NCBI GenBank assembly: GCA_964616315.1
Contig: CAZTVB010000001.1
Location: forward strand, 1 to 34,385
Direction: 5' to 3'
Length of the DNA stretch: 34,385 nt
Origin: an uncultured Rikenellaceae bacterium
Lineage (GTDB): Bacteria; Bacteroidota; Bacteroidia; Bacteroidales; Tenuifilaceae
A model generated the notes under the pieces. The model had not been told where the DNA came from, made no database searches, and was given only the letters and a program-made list of their open reading frames with translations. The translations under genes and the position numbers were made by a program. Positions 1 to 9,211 of this stretch are shown one piece after another (within the stretch, counting starts at the first letter, position 1; every line of letters begins with the position of its first letter).

Positions 1-40
1 ATTAATAGTAAATATATTATGTAATAAAATTATTTATATA

Positions 41-48
41 TACTTTTG
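41..48 (+). promoter_or_regulatory. Bacteroidota sigma-A -7 promoter element for the tra operon
   Basis: TACTTTTG matches the TAnnTTTG consensus, about 50 nt upstream of the first ATG (98). No clear -33 TTTG box. Confidence 0.5.
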
Positions 49-97
49 TTACATCATTAAAAATTTAAACTGTTTATATAACTAAAGGAAAAATACT

Positions 98-775
98 ATG
101 GGTAAGATTGTTGCAATCGGAAACCAAAAGGGAGGGGTAGGTAAGTCTACCATTACCTCCTTTATAGCCAACTATTTACACAATGAAAGGAAAGATTTTA
201 AAATCCTTGTGGTTGATGCTGACGATTTACAGAACTCTCTTTATAAGATAAGATATGAGGAACTGGAAAACGCCAAAGAGTTAGACCCTCAGGCAGAGGA
301 AAAGTGCTACCAGCTAATCCGTATGGATTCAAAGGAGCTGGCCAACAACCTTGAAGTGCTAAAGGAGGAGTATGACTTAATATTCATTGATTTACCGGGC
401 AACCTGAAGCAGGATGGGGTAGTATCGGTGTACTTCTTCCTAGACGTTCTGCTTATTCCAACGCAAACCAGCAAGCTTGACCTGGACTCTACAGCTGATT
501 TCCTTAACTTCTACACAAAAACGGTGGTGAGTAAGCGCGAGTCGCTGGGTTTTAAAACCAAGTACTCCCTTTTCTTTAACAGGGTAAATGAGCAGAATAA
601 GGATTTCAAGGAGATCTATAATAATAGGGAAAAATTAGGATTGCCTATTATGGAAAACTTTATTACGGAGAGCATACCTACCTTTCAGCGAAGGGTAAGC
701 ACGATGTACAAGTACGAATCCGCCAGTAAGGATTTGAAAAAGTTTATTGATGAATTCTTAACTTTTGTAAACTAA
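98..775 (+). CDS. parA: ParA-family ATPase (TraA-like)
   Basis: Deviant Walker A NQKGGVGKST, VVDAD motif and Walker B FIDLPG. First gene of the tra operon, like CTnDOT TraA. Confidence 0.9.
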   Translation: MGKIVAIGNQKGGVGKSTITSFIANYLHNERKDFKILVVDADDLQNSLYKIRYEELENAKELDPQAEEKCYQLIRMDSKELANNLEVLKEEYDLIFIDLPGNLKQDGVVSVYFFLDVLLIPTQTSKLDLDSTADFLNFYTKTVVSKRESLGFKTKYSLFFNRVNEQNKDFKEIYNNREKLGLPIMENFITESIPTFQRRVSTMYKYESASKDLKKFIDEFLTFVN

Positions 776-780
776 AAACG

Positions 781-1203
781 ATGAACAAAATCAGACCACT
801 ATCAGGTTTATCTGCTCTCACTCAGGCAGCATCGGAAACAGAGAAAAACGTAACTGGACATGATCAAGAAAAAGGGAGTAAACCTAACGAAAAAGAAGCG
901 GTAGTTGAAAAGAACGACGAGGTTGCAGTAACTGAGGAAATAAAGGAAACTACGGAGGTTGTAGTCGAAAGTACTCCTAAAAGGAAAGAGGAGAAAAAGA
1001 AGGAAATTACGAATCAGGCCAATTCGAAAATTGATTTTTCTAAGCTAAAATGGGAAAATATACGAATTGCGGAAAGGCATCATGAAATACTGAAAATATA
1101 TAGCGTAATTAATGGTAAAACATTGACCGAAATCTTCTATGAGGTATTGGAAAATCACATAAAAGATAATAACTTAGAGGGATTACTTAAACTAAAAAAG
1201 TAG
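781..1203 (+). CDS. ParA partner with C-terminal ribbon-helix-helix (ParG/TraB-like)
   Basis: Disordered E/K-rich N-terminus, then ENIRIAERHHEILKIYSVINGKTLTEIFYEVLENHI (beta-alpha-alpha pattern). Lies directly after parA. Confidence 0.6.
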   Translation: MNKIRPLSGLSALTQAASETEKNVTGHDQEKGSKPNEKEAVVEKNDEVAVTEEIKETTEVVVESTPKRKEEKKKEITNQANSKIDFSKLKWENIRIAERHHEILKIYSVINGKTLTEIFYEVLENHIKDNNLEGLLKLKK

Positions 1204-1207
1204 AACT

Positions 1208-2938
1208 ATGCAAAACGAAAATAGTGTGGTTTTTGACATCGACAGAATTCCCAAAGAGGTTTGTGGAGTTAAGCTAAGCGAATCAACTCTAAATGATTTA
1301 GCCGAAGGCAAGGAAAGTCCGTTAATAGAGGGTATGCTCTACAATGGGGAGGAAGTAAAAAACGCAAAGGTAAGGGTTTTTAAAAACGGAAAAACTGGAG
1401 AGTTAGATTTCACGTTTACTTTTGAGAACCAAAAGTTGATTATCCCAGCAAAAATTGGCGACTACACGCTAAACGAAACGGATAAAATTAAGCTTAATGC
1501 CGGAGAGACCTCTGGGCCTATGACTATTGATGGGAAAAAAGCATACCTTCAAATTGACACAGAGACTAATTCCGTTACGGTAAAGGGTGAGGGAGAGGTT
1601 GATAAAAGGGTGGTTATAAAGTTGAAGCACGAAAAGGGAATTTTAGATTTAGGTAACTACAAACCAACCAATCAGGAAGTAAAAGATTTATTGGATGGCA
1701 AGGAGCTAAAGACAAAGGTTTTCGAACAGAATGGAACATACTTTAGCGCAAAAGTAACGCTTACTGACGATTTTACGGGCATTACCTATAAGAATTTAGT
1801 ACAGCTCTCCCCTCAAAAAGCAAAGGAACTTAGGGAAAAACTAAACGTAAATAGGGATAATTTACTGGAAAAGGTAACAGCTGCGGGCTCAAATTCGTTA
1901 GATGGTAAAAACCTGAAGGGTGAAAAAACTAAGGATCAAAGCATCGAGAGCGTAATTATGAGCGGATCCAATGCGATTCGGGAGGAAGGAAAGGATAAGA
2001 ATATCTTCTCCAGCGTTCAGGAGTTCAATAAAATTCCAATTCAAGAGCGAAGCGCAATTCTTGAAAATATTCCTTCGGAAGTTATTTTTAAAGACCATGA
2101 AATAAAAAAAATTCCTGAAAAAGAAAATTTATATGCTGTTTCCTTTTTAAATCAATCATTAGTTTATACAGGAACGCTTAGTGAGTGTAAAAACGAAATG
2201 AACGTAAGCCAAAAATCTTTTGATTTATACCTAAAGGAGGAGAATAGTAAGGAAAGTAAGTTTGTCGATCCCATACATGAGCAATCTCCTGTTGATGTAA
2301 CTAAGCTTGAATGGAGAAAGGAACAGGCTGAGCTAAGGGGGATTTCCCTTGACGAGTTTAATAAGAGCATTGAGCTGAAAGAAGCAAAAAGAGCTACTAT
2401 TGACAAGTCCTACGATAGGTACATGGACTACACCAGGACAACGGATCTAAGTAAAGTAGATAAGGAGGAGAGGAGCGCAAACTTTACCGAGAAGCTTAGC
2501 GCAGAGGGTAAGGAGTTTAAGCCGCTGACCAAGGAGGCGTTTGCAGAAAAATTGGGAACGGATAGCCAGTTCAGGGAACGGTTTGAGTACAAGGAACGGC
2601 CTATCGAGAACGTTCAGCGGGATCAGGAGTTCTACAAGGCTTTAAACGATAAGGATTTTACCAAGCTGGCGAAAATGAGCAACGAGGGCTATAAGCCATC
2701 GGAGGAGGTTGTTAAAAATATGGACAACTTGCCGGGTGTAAAAGCGGAGGACAAAACGGCCGCTAAAGCAATTTTTGGTGTAAGCTCTGAACCTGAGAAA
2801 AAGGGTTTAGAGGCGGGAAAAAAAAATCAGCCCGAAGGAAAGTCGATCGCGAACCTCAGTGAAGAAAAAGGCGAGAAGCCTGGTAAAAAAGGGGACGTTG
2901 CGAAGCAGGCTATAGAAAGATTAGGAAACGACATGTAA
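1208..2938 (+). CDS. DUF3945-like repeat protein of Bacteroidota conjugative elements
   Basis: Three N-terminal repeats (IPKEVCGVKLSESTLNDLAEGK; IPAKIGDYTLNETDKIKLNAGE; LDLGNYKPTNQEVKDLLDGK) and a charged helical C-terminal half. Confidence 0.6.
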   Translation: MQNENSVVFDIDRIPKEVCGVKLSESTLNDLAEGKESPLIEGMLYNGEEVKNAKVRVFKNGKTGELDFTFTFENQKLIIPAKIGDYTLNETDKIKLNAGETSGPMTIDGKKAYLQIDTETNSVTVKGEGEVDKRVVIKLKHEKGILDLGNYKPTNQEVKDLLDGKELKTKVFEQNGTYFSAKVTLTDDFTGITYKNLVQLSPQKAKELREKLNVNRDNLLEKVTAAGSNSLDGKNLKGEKTKDQSIESVIMSGSNAIREEGKDKNIFSSVQEFNKIPIQERSAILENIPSEVIFKDHEIKKIPEKENLYAVSFLNQSLVYTGTLSECKNEMNVSQKSFDLYLKEENSKESKFVDPIHEQSPVDVTKLEWRKEQAELRGISLDEFNKSIELKEAKRATIDKSYDRYMDYTRTTDLSKVDKEERSANFTEKLSAEGKEFKPLTKEAFAEKLGTDSQFRERFEYKERPIENVQRDQEFYKALNDKDFTKLAKMSNEGYKPSEEVVKNMDNLPGVKAEDKTAAKAIFGVSSEPEKKGLEAGKKNQPEGKSIANLSEEKGEKPGKKGDVAKQAIERLGNDM

Positions 2939-2957
2939 ATATTTAATATATAAAAAT

Positions 2958-3194
2958 ATGATTGAAACGGCAGCAGAGTTGCAATATGAAAGGGATTTTC
3001 AAAATCTTATTAGTTCTGTAATTAATGACTTTAGAACATTTGCAGATTCAATTATAGGCTTAGCTATGTTAATGACCCTTTTGATAGTTGTTTACCATGT
3101 AATAAACGACGTAAAGTATGGAAAGGGTAAACAGGCTGTAGTATCATGGGTAATTGCGTTAACAATATGGATAATAGTAAGAGCAGTAGTTTAA
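2958..3194 (+). CDS. Small VirB2/TraE-like pilin paralog
   Basis: Two hydrophobic helices linked by a basic loop, KGKQAVVSWVIAL, which parallels KAKEAVIAWVVGI in 3630..3956. Confidence 0.55.
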   Translation: MIETAAELQYERDFQNLISSVINDFRTFADSIIGLAMLMTLLIVVYHVINDVKYGKGKQAVVSWVIALTIWIIVRAVV

Positions 3195-3204
3195 TTTTAA
3201 AGTT

Positions 3205-3591
3205 ATGAATAACATACTTTGGGGTATAATTCTAGTTCTTTACGTTGTCATTGTTGTAATGTGGCTAAAGCGGAGAACTAAGTTTGTTGTTGAAACTCCG
3301 AATTCGAGAAACTACATTGATGGAAAGGATTTAATAGCGATGCCGCGAGAGCTTACCATAATGCTTATTGAGGATGAAAAGGTGGATCACGAGGCGTATG
3401 GCGACTTAATTCTTAAAACATCGGATCTTATAAACGGAACGTACAAAATTCCAAAAAGGTTTCTTAAAGAGAAACGGAACGTCATAGAGGAAACGGACGA
3501 ACCTGAGGAGAAAGTAGAGGTAGTAAGCAAGCAAAACGTTAACATGGATCTATATAGCAACGTCGAAGATGAAAGTAACGAAACAGTTTAA
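3205..3591 (+). CDS. Single-pass membrane protein in the tra operon (TraD position)
   Basis: N-terminal TM helix followed by KRRTK, with an acidic C-terminus. Confidence 0.55.
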   Translation: MNNILWGIILVLYVVIVVMWLKRRTKFVVETPNSRNYIDGKDLIAMPRELTIMLIEDEKVDHEAYGDLILKTSDLINGTYKIPKRFLKEKRNVIEETDEPEEKVEVVSKQNVNMDLYSNVEDESNETV

Positions 3592-3629
3592 TTAATCAAA
3601 ATCAAATGTTTAACTTAAAACTTTAAAAG

Positions 3630-3956
3630 ATGAAAGCACAATTAGTAAAATGGTTTAGAATGTTCTTTGTTGTTCTATTTCTTACAACGAGTTACTCAGT
3701 ATTTATTCCAGCCCTTCTAGGAGAGGGTAAGGCGTACTCTCAGGCACCTTCGCTTGATAGGTTTGAAACTGAAACTCAAAAGGCAGTGGACAAAATTAAG
3801 GATATTGTAAAGATTGTTCTTGGGGTAATTCTTATAATAGGCTTAATATGGGTTGTGTGGATGGTGTCGCAGAATCACCCAAAGGCAAAGGAGGCTGTGA
3901 TAGCCTGGGTTGTTGGGATCGCCATATACGGAATAGGAATAGCTGTTATAGGTTAA
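3630..3956 (+). CDS. traE: VirB2-like conjugative pilin (TraE/DUF4134-like)
   Basis: Long leader ending KAYS|Q plus two hydrophobic helices. Immediately upstream of the VirB3- and VirB4-like genes. Confidence 0.7.
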   Translation: MKAQLVKWFRMFFVVLFLTTSYSVFIPALLGEGKAYSQAPSLDRFETETQKAVDKIKDIVKIVLGVILIIGLIWVVWMVSQNHPKAKEAVIAWVVGIAIYGIGIAVIG

Positions 3957-4267
3957 TGAAGAAGTACAACAATATGGTTAAGGTGAATAAGCCCATCAGG
4001 TTGATGGGCTTATCTTCAGTACAGTTTATGATGGTTATTGCAGTTTTGGGTCTTTCGGCTGTAATCATGGTATCTGCTGGTTCCTCGATTATTGCCATTG
4101 CTTCAGTACTTGTTATTGAGGGAATGCCCATAATGATGTACGCTTCAAAGTCAATTAAAGAGGGTAAAAGGGGTAACTACAAGTTTTACTCGTCGTGGTC
4201 TGCGTTTCAGAGTACGCCTCGAAAGATTCAGGATAATGGAATTTTTAGCATGATAAAAAAGGGTTAA
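3956..4267 (+). CDS. traF: VirB3-like TraF
   Basis: Start moved to ATG 3956 (TAATG overlap with the traE stop). KVNKPIRLMGL motif followed by two TM helices. Lies between the pilin and VirB4 genes. Confidence 0.7.
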   Translation: MKKYNNMVKVNKPIRLMGLSSVQFMMVIAVLGLSAVIMVSAGSSIIAIASVLVIEGMPIMMYASKSIKEGKRGNYKFYSSWSAFQSTPRKIQDNGIFSMIKKG

Positions 4268-4268
4268 T

Positions 4269-6839
4269 ATGGAAATGCTCGTTTACGTTCTTATAGTCGC
4301 AATTTTAGCTATTCTTTTTATAGGTTTTTTGGTTCTTTCCAACTACAGCCCTAAGGTGGTAACAAACATAAAGGAGCTGGGAAAGGTGTTCCCGATTAAT
4401 TCGGTGGAGAGTGGGCTTATTGTAAATGGTAAAGGGGAAATAACCGTAGGTTACGAGTTAAATCTTCCTGATGTCTTTACAATATCGGAGGAGGATGCCG
4501 ATAAGCTGCATACTAATTTTATTTCAATATTTAGGTTGCTACCTGAAGGGACCGTTATACATAAACAGGATTTTTTCTTTCTGGATCGAAAGGAGAAAAG
4601 GGTAGCGTATAAAACGTTGATTGAGCAGGAGAATAGGGAAATGGTTCACGGTAGGCCAATTCTAAAAAACAGAAGTGCAATATACGTAACGTTTTGTAGC
4701 AGGATAAACTACGATAAGAGTAGCCTTTTAGACCTTCAGCGAAGCCCTAACTACCTCTTTAAGGAGCCTTCATGGATGAAGGGGTACGAAAAGAGAATGG
4801 AGGATATAAAGAAGATTATTGAAACCTTTGAGAATGGGCTAAACGGTATTCCTGGCATTAGGCCCAAAAGGAAAAATGACGAGGAGCTGCTGGAGGATAT
4901 TTACCGCTATATGAACTGTGACTACGAGGGAGAGATAACCGAGGAGGATAAAAAAAAGTACTTAGTTAGCCCTATCGAGATAGATGCTAAGGGCAGCATG
5001 AGGGTAGGAAGGTACTTCGTAAAGGTTTTGACGCTGGCAGAGGAACCCGTACAGATGGAGAATCATGCTGTTCCCAAAACAGCTCCATCATCGGCCTACG
5101 GAAATGGGGTAGCCTATTCGAGTACAATTAAGAGCAAAACGTCTTTCGTGTTTCCGCTGGCCTGTGGTTTGCCAATTGATCATGTGCTGAATACAACGGT
5201 ACAGATTCTTGATAACGACAAGGTGGTGTCGAAGCTGGAGAGCGAGAATAAGATGCTAAGTTTTCTTGGGAATTTCTACCCCCCTGCCAATGTAAAGCAG
5301 CGAGAGGTATCAAAGTTTGTGGAGACAATTTTGAACAATAACTTTCAAATTTGTAAAACTGGAGTGAACGTGCTGCTAAGGGAAACAAGTTTTGAGGCCC
5401 TTGAAAAGAGCATCAGTAATGCAGAAATGGCCTTTTTAAACATGGCACGTAGTAAGCCGTACATTGAGAACTACGATACAGCAAATATGTTCTTCTCGAT
5501 GATTCCAGGAAATGCAGAGAACAACTACAAGGAGTTTATCAATACAACGGCTCAGGCGGTTTGCTACATAAACAAGGAGGGTATGGTTCAGGGCGATGTG
5601 AACGGTATTGTGTTTCAGGATCGCTACGGAAACCCTGTGGTCATAGATTTGTGGAATAATAAAAATACGGTTAACAGGAACAAGGTGATTATTGGCCCCT
5701 CGGGATCGGGAAAGTCATTTAACATTAATGAGATTGTATCTCAGGATTTAGGTCTCGGAAACCATGTAATGATTATTGACATTGGCCATTCCTACAAGAG
5801 AAATGTTGAATTCAACGGGGGGAAGTACTATAACTCGGAGGACAAAAAGAGTTTAAGTTTTAACCTTTTTGACTGCAAGAGGGATGGCGAAGGGAAGTAT
5901 ATATATAAAGATACGGAGGATGAAGAGGCAGCAGACGATAAGGTAAACCTAATCGTTACCGTTCTTTTGACCATTGTAATGGGAAAAAAGGAGGTTGAGC
6001 CAATTGAAAGGGGTCTGTTCAAGCAGTCTGTTGAGTCTTACTATCAGTACGTAAACAGCAATGGGGTAAAAGCTGACCTAAAGGGCTACGTGGACTACCT
6101 AGAAGTTTACGAGCAAAGTTTAACCAGGGAGCATAAAAGGAAGTTTAAGGCAGATGATATTAAGTTAATCATGAGGCCCTTTGTGTCGGGAGACTATAAG
6201 CACCTGTTGAATAGCGAAAGATCCCTTGATATTGAAAGCGACAAGTTCTTGGTTTTTGACCTAGAAGCGGTTCAAAAGGATGAAACCGTATTTCCGATAA
6301 TGGTGGTCATCGTCATAGAGCTGATTATTCAGAAAATAAATAAGCTTAAAGGGGTAAGAAAGACGCTGATTATTGATGAGGCACTGAACTTTCTTCAGGA
6401 CGAAAAGATGGGTGATTTCATCGGGTACCTTTACAGAACGTTCCGGAAAAAGGAGGGCGAGGTTATCATTGCCGCTCAGAACGTTAATTTCCTAGAGGCA
6501 GCTGCGGAGGTGGTAAAGAACTCAATCATTATGAATACGGCCACGAAAATATTCCTCGATCACTCCGAGCATACCTCAAATTACAAGGATATTCAACGAA
6601 TACTCTCCCTAACGAACCACCAGATAGAGCTGCTCGATAGCCTTGAAAAGGGGAAGGACTACCGGGAGTTTTTGATGGTACTCGGAAAGGAAACAAATAT
6701 TTACCGAATGCAGGTTTCAAAGTTTGCCAACGCGGTTTATACCTCCAAGGAGAGCGAAGTACAGGAAATGGAGGAGATAAAGAAAAAAACGGGCAGCATG
6801 GAGTCGGCCATAAGGCAGTACATAGAAAATAAAGAGTAG
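4269..6839 (+). CDS. traG: VirB4-family conjugation ATPase TraG
   Basis: 856 aa with Walker A GPSGSGKS, IIDIGHSY, Walker B LIIDEA and YRTFRK motifs. The N-terminal FPINSVE..G.ITVGY..LPDVFT segment is typical of Bacteroidota TraG. Confidence 0.95.
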   Translation: MEMLVYVLIVAILAILFIGFLVLSNYSPKVVTNIKELGKVFPINSVESGLIVNGKGEITVGYELNLPDVFTISEEDADKLHTNFISIFRLLPEGTVIHKQDFFFLDRKEKRVAYKTLIEQENREMVHGRPILKNRSAIYVTFCSRINYDKSSLLDLQRSPNYLFKEPSWMKGYEKRMEDIKKIIETFENGLNGIPGIRPKRKNDEELLEDIYRYMNCDYEGEITEEDKKKYLVSPIEIDAKGSMRVGRYFVKVLTLAEEPVQMENHAVPKTAPSSAYGNGVAYSSTIKSKTSFVFPLACGLPIDHVLNTTVQILDNDKVVSKLESENKMLSFLGNFYPPANVKQREVSKFVETILNNNFQICKTGVNVLLRETSFEALEKSISNAEMAFLNMARSKPYIENYDTANMFFSMIPGNAENNYKEFINTTAQAVCYINKEGMVQGDVNGIVFQDRYGNPVVIDLWNNKNTVNRNKVIIGPSGSGKSFNINEIVSQDLGLGNHVMIIDIGHSYKRNVEFNGGKYYNSEDKKSLSFNLFDCKRDGEGKYIYKDTEDEEAADDKVNLIVTVLLTIVMGKKEVEPIERGLFKQSVESYYQYVNSNGVKADLKGYVDYLEVYEQSLTREHKRKFKADDIKLIMRPFVSGDYKHLLNSERSLDIESDKFLVFDLEAVQKDETVFPIMVVIVIELIIQKINKLKGVRKTLIIDEALNFLQDEKMGDFIGYLYRTFRKKEGEVIIAAQNVNFLEAAAEVVKNSIIMNTATKIFLDHSEHTSNYKDIQRILSLTNHQIELLDSLEKGKDYREFLMVLGKETNIYRMQVSKFANAVYTSKESEVQEMEEIKKKTGSMESAIRQYIENKE

Positions 6840-6860
6840 TATAACCTTAAAATAATAAAA

Positions 6861-7451
6861 ATGAAACGATTAATTTTTTTAGTAATTATAGGTGTTTCTA
6901 TATTTAGGTTAGAAGCATATTCTCAGGACCCTACTACAAATTGGCTATTAGAAGCAATAAGGGGTTTGAATGTTCAAAATGTAACGCTTCAAGCTGCCGT
7001 TGATGCAAAGATGGAAAAAATGGTAACAAAGTTACAGGAGGAGTCAAGCGGAGCATTTATTCAAGATTTGCAATCATTGAGAAAAATATCTAAGATATTG
7101 GAGTCAATGTATTGCCAAACTTCTGAAACCGCTATACTAATCGATTTAATGGGATCAAATTGCTTGTTGGATATGGAGATAGAAATGGCCTTATTAAATA
7201 TTTCGTATAGTCAAGATCTAATGAAAACATCTTTTTTAGTTGGTTTTACTTTAATAAGTTCTTCTCAATCAGATAAAATGAGGTTTTTGGAAAACATAGC
7301 TACTTCTCTACAAAAATCAGTAGATATATTTAATAATCTTAATAGTGGATTAAAGATTAGATTGGATCAAAAACTTATTGACAAGTATCTTGCTAAACAA
7401 CAAAAAAACGCAATAAGGATGTCGGCTATGAATAGGTATAATAATTATTAA
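6861..7451 (+). CDS. Secreted helical conjugation protein (TraI/VirB5 position)
   Basis: Signal peptide ending AYS|Q and a helical, Leu/Gln-rich body. Sits between traG and traJ, so the family is inferred from position. Confidence 0.55.
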   Translation: MKRLIFLVIIGVSIFRLEAYSQDPTTNWLLEAIRGLNVQNVTLQAAVDAKMEKMVTKLQEESSGAFIQDLQSLRKISKILESMYCQTSETAILIDLMGSNCLLDMEIEMALLNISYSQDLMKTSFLVGFTLISSSQSDKMRFLENIATSLQKSVDIFNNLNSGLKIRLDQKLIDKYLAKQQKNAIRMSAMNRYNNY

Positions 7452-7465
7452 TAAATTTTAATTAT

Positions 7466-8593
7466 ATGAATGATATTTTAGAAACACCGGATCTGTTAAC
7501 TCAGTTTCTTTTTAAGGCCAAAATAATGGATCTTCCTGTTAAGGAACTGACTGGAAAAGTAGTAATGATTGCAGTTGTACTAGCGGTGATGATGTTCTTT
7601 ATAAATCTAGCCTACAATTACATATCAACTGCCATAAGAAGCCTAAAGGATAAGAGTGCCGATTACTTCGTGGATTACGAGGAGATTGCTAGAACTTTGG
7701 TAGTAATTGGATGTATTGTAATTTACCTCCCAATGGTGGAAACAGCAATAAATTTTGGAGAGTTTTTTAACTCATTAACAGCACCAGCGACGGAGCAGTC
7801 AAAACTTTTAGCAAAATATAGCGAAAGATACGTACAGGAAGGAAAGATAATGACAGCTGATGTAAAGACAGCAGCTTATCAAGAGATACTTAAATCTAAT
7901 GATCCTTCGATAAGTCCGGAGTTAAGAAATACAGCTGAATTGGAAGTACAAAAAGCAAAAGATGAAGAAGAAGCAAAACTTAAAGGGGGGGATGTTGAAA
8001 TAAAGGAAGGGGATCAGGCTAAAAAAGAAGGGGGGTATAACTGGATGAATCTTTTAAATCCTTCCTACTATATTCAGATGATGTTAAGTGGCATTCTTCT
8101 TTTAGCAACAGAATTAATAAAACCAATAATCACAGGGTTGGCTACAGGGATACTAAAAATACTTGTGGTAATTGGTCCCTTGGCTTTTGCATTTTCAATT
8201 GTTCCAGCATTTAAAAAGCAAATTGAAGTTTGGGCAGGTACTTGCCTAACATTGCTGTTTGTGTTTACAACTATCAATATTATTGATCAGTTAAAGTATG
8301 CTTCATTTTACTATTTGTTTCACGGAGAAACGGAGATAGATGCAATATCTCAACACAGCTATATGGCATATCAAATAGTGTTGTTTATAATGTATACCAT
8401 GAGTTTCTGGCTGACCTCTAAAGTTATCGGCAAGGGTGATGCGGGAAGGGTTATATCAAAAATAGTTGGGTTGGCTGCCCTAGCAGGGGCGGCAGCGATG
8501 TCAGGTGGTGCTGCTGCTGGCGCTGCCCAGGGTTCTGCTGCGGCGGATGCTGCAAAAGCAGGAGCAAATGCAATTGGTGATGATGGTGCTTAA
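7466..8593 (+). CDS. traJ: VirB6-like polytopic membrane protein TraJ
   Basis: Multiple TM helices, LVVIGPLAFAFSIVPAFK motif and an Ala/Gly-rich tail. Confidence 0.8.
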   Translation: MNDILETPDLLTQFLFKAKIMDLPVKELTGKVVMIAVVLAVMMFFINLAYNYISTAIRSLKDKSADYFVDYEEIARTLVVIGCIVIYLPMVETAINFGEFFNSLTAPATEQSKLLAKYSERYVQEGKIMTADVKTAAYQEILKSNDPSISPELRNTAELEVQKAKDEEEAKLKGGDVEIKEGDQAKKEGGYNWMNLLNPSYYIQMMLSGILLLATELIKPIITGLATGILKILVVIGPLAFAFSIVPAFKKQIEVWAGTCLTLLFVFTTINIIDQLKYASFYYLFHGETEIDAISQHSYMAYQIVLFIMYTMSFWLTSKVIGKGDAGRVISKIVGLAALAGAAAMSGGAAAGAAQGSAAADAAKAGANAIGDDGA

Positions 8594-8604
8594 TTTTAAA
8601 TAAT

Positions 8605-9210
8605 ATGGAACTAAGAAGTTTAATGAGCTATAAATCGGCTTTTCAGCTAACCAGGTTAACTGTAATTGCTGTTGTGGTAGTTGCCTTTATTTCAATAACG
8701 CTGGGCTTTATCGTTATGAGCCGGGAAATACAGAGCATAAGGAATAGCGTGGTTGTAATTGACCGAAGCGGAGAGGTGCTGAAGTCTGAGCTGGCCAGCT
8801 CAAAGGCAACAAGGATTTTTGAGTATAGGAATCACGTTAAGACGTTCTATACCCTTTGGTACTCCTTTGATGAGGGTTCGTATAATAGTAATGTGGAAAG
8901 TGCTTTAAGCCTTATTGGTGAAAGCGGAAAGGACTTACTTGACGTTTACCTCACACAGAGCATTGAGAGAAACCTAAAGGAGAAAAACCTTGTTTTCTCG
9001 GTTTACATCAAGGATATTCAAATAGATATGTCTACAAATCCTATTTCTGGCTACATTGAAGGGGAGCAGGAGATAAAGAGGAATAAGGGTTCTCTTAAAA
9101 GGAATCTGGTCTGCTCCTTCATAATCTATGACGTGGACAGGACTGAGGATAACCCTCATGGGTGTAAGGTGGATAATTGGAAAATTGAAAACGATCAAAT
9201 TATTAAGTAG
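8605..9210 (+). CDS. traK: VirB8-like TraK
   Basis: N-terminal TM helix, HVKTFYTLWYS motif and C-terminal RTEDNPHG..VDNW motif. Confidence 0.9.
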   Translation: MELRSLMSYKSAFQLTRLTVIAVVVVAFISITLGFIVMSREIQSIRNSVVVIDRSGEVLKSELASSKATRIFEYRNHVKTFYTLWYSFDEGSYNSNVESALSLIGESGKDLLDVYLTQSIERNLKEKNLVFSVYIKDIQIDMSTNPISGYIEGEQEIKRNKGSLKRNLVCSFIIYDVDRTEDNPHGCKVDNWKIENDQIIK

Positions 9211-9211
9211 T

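Noticed and set aside
3848-3955. Longer N-terminus of traF in the ORF track
   Set aside because: It overlaps traE out of frame. The ATG at 3956, coupled to the traE stop, is more plausible.
8480-8590. GC-rich GCT/GCG low-complexity run
   Set aside because: It encodes the Ala/Gly-rich tail usual in VirB6/TraJ proteins and is not a separate element.
9128-9211. Longer N-terminus of traM in the ORF track
   Set aside because: It overlaps traK. ATG 9212 follows the traK stop directly.
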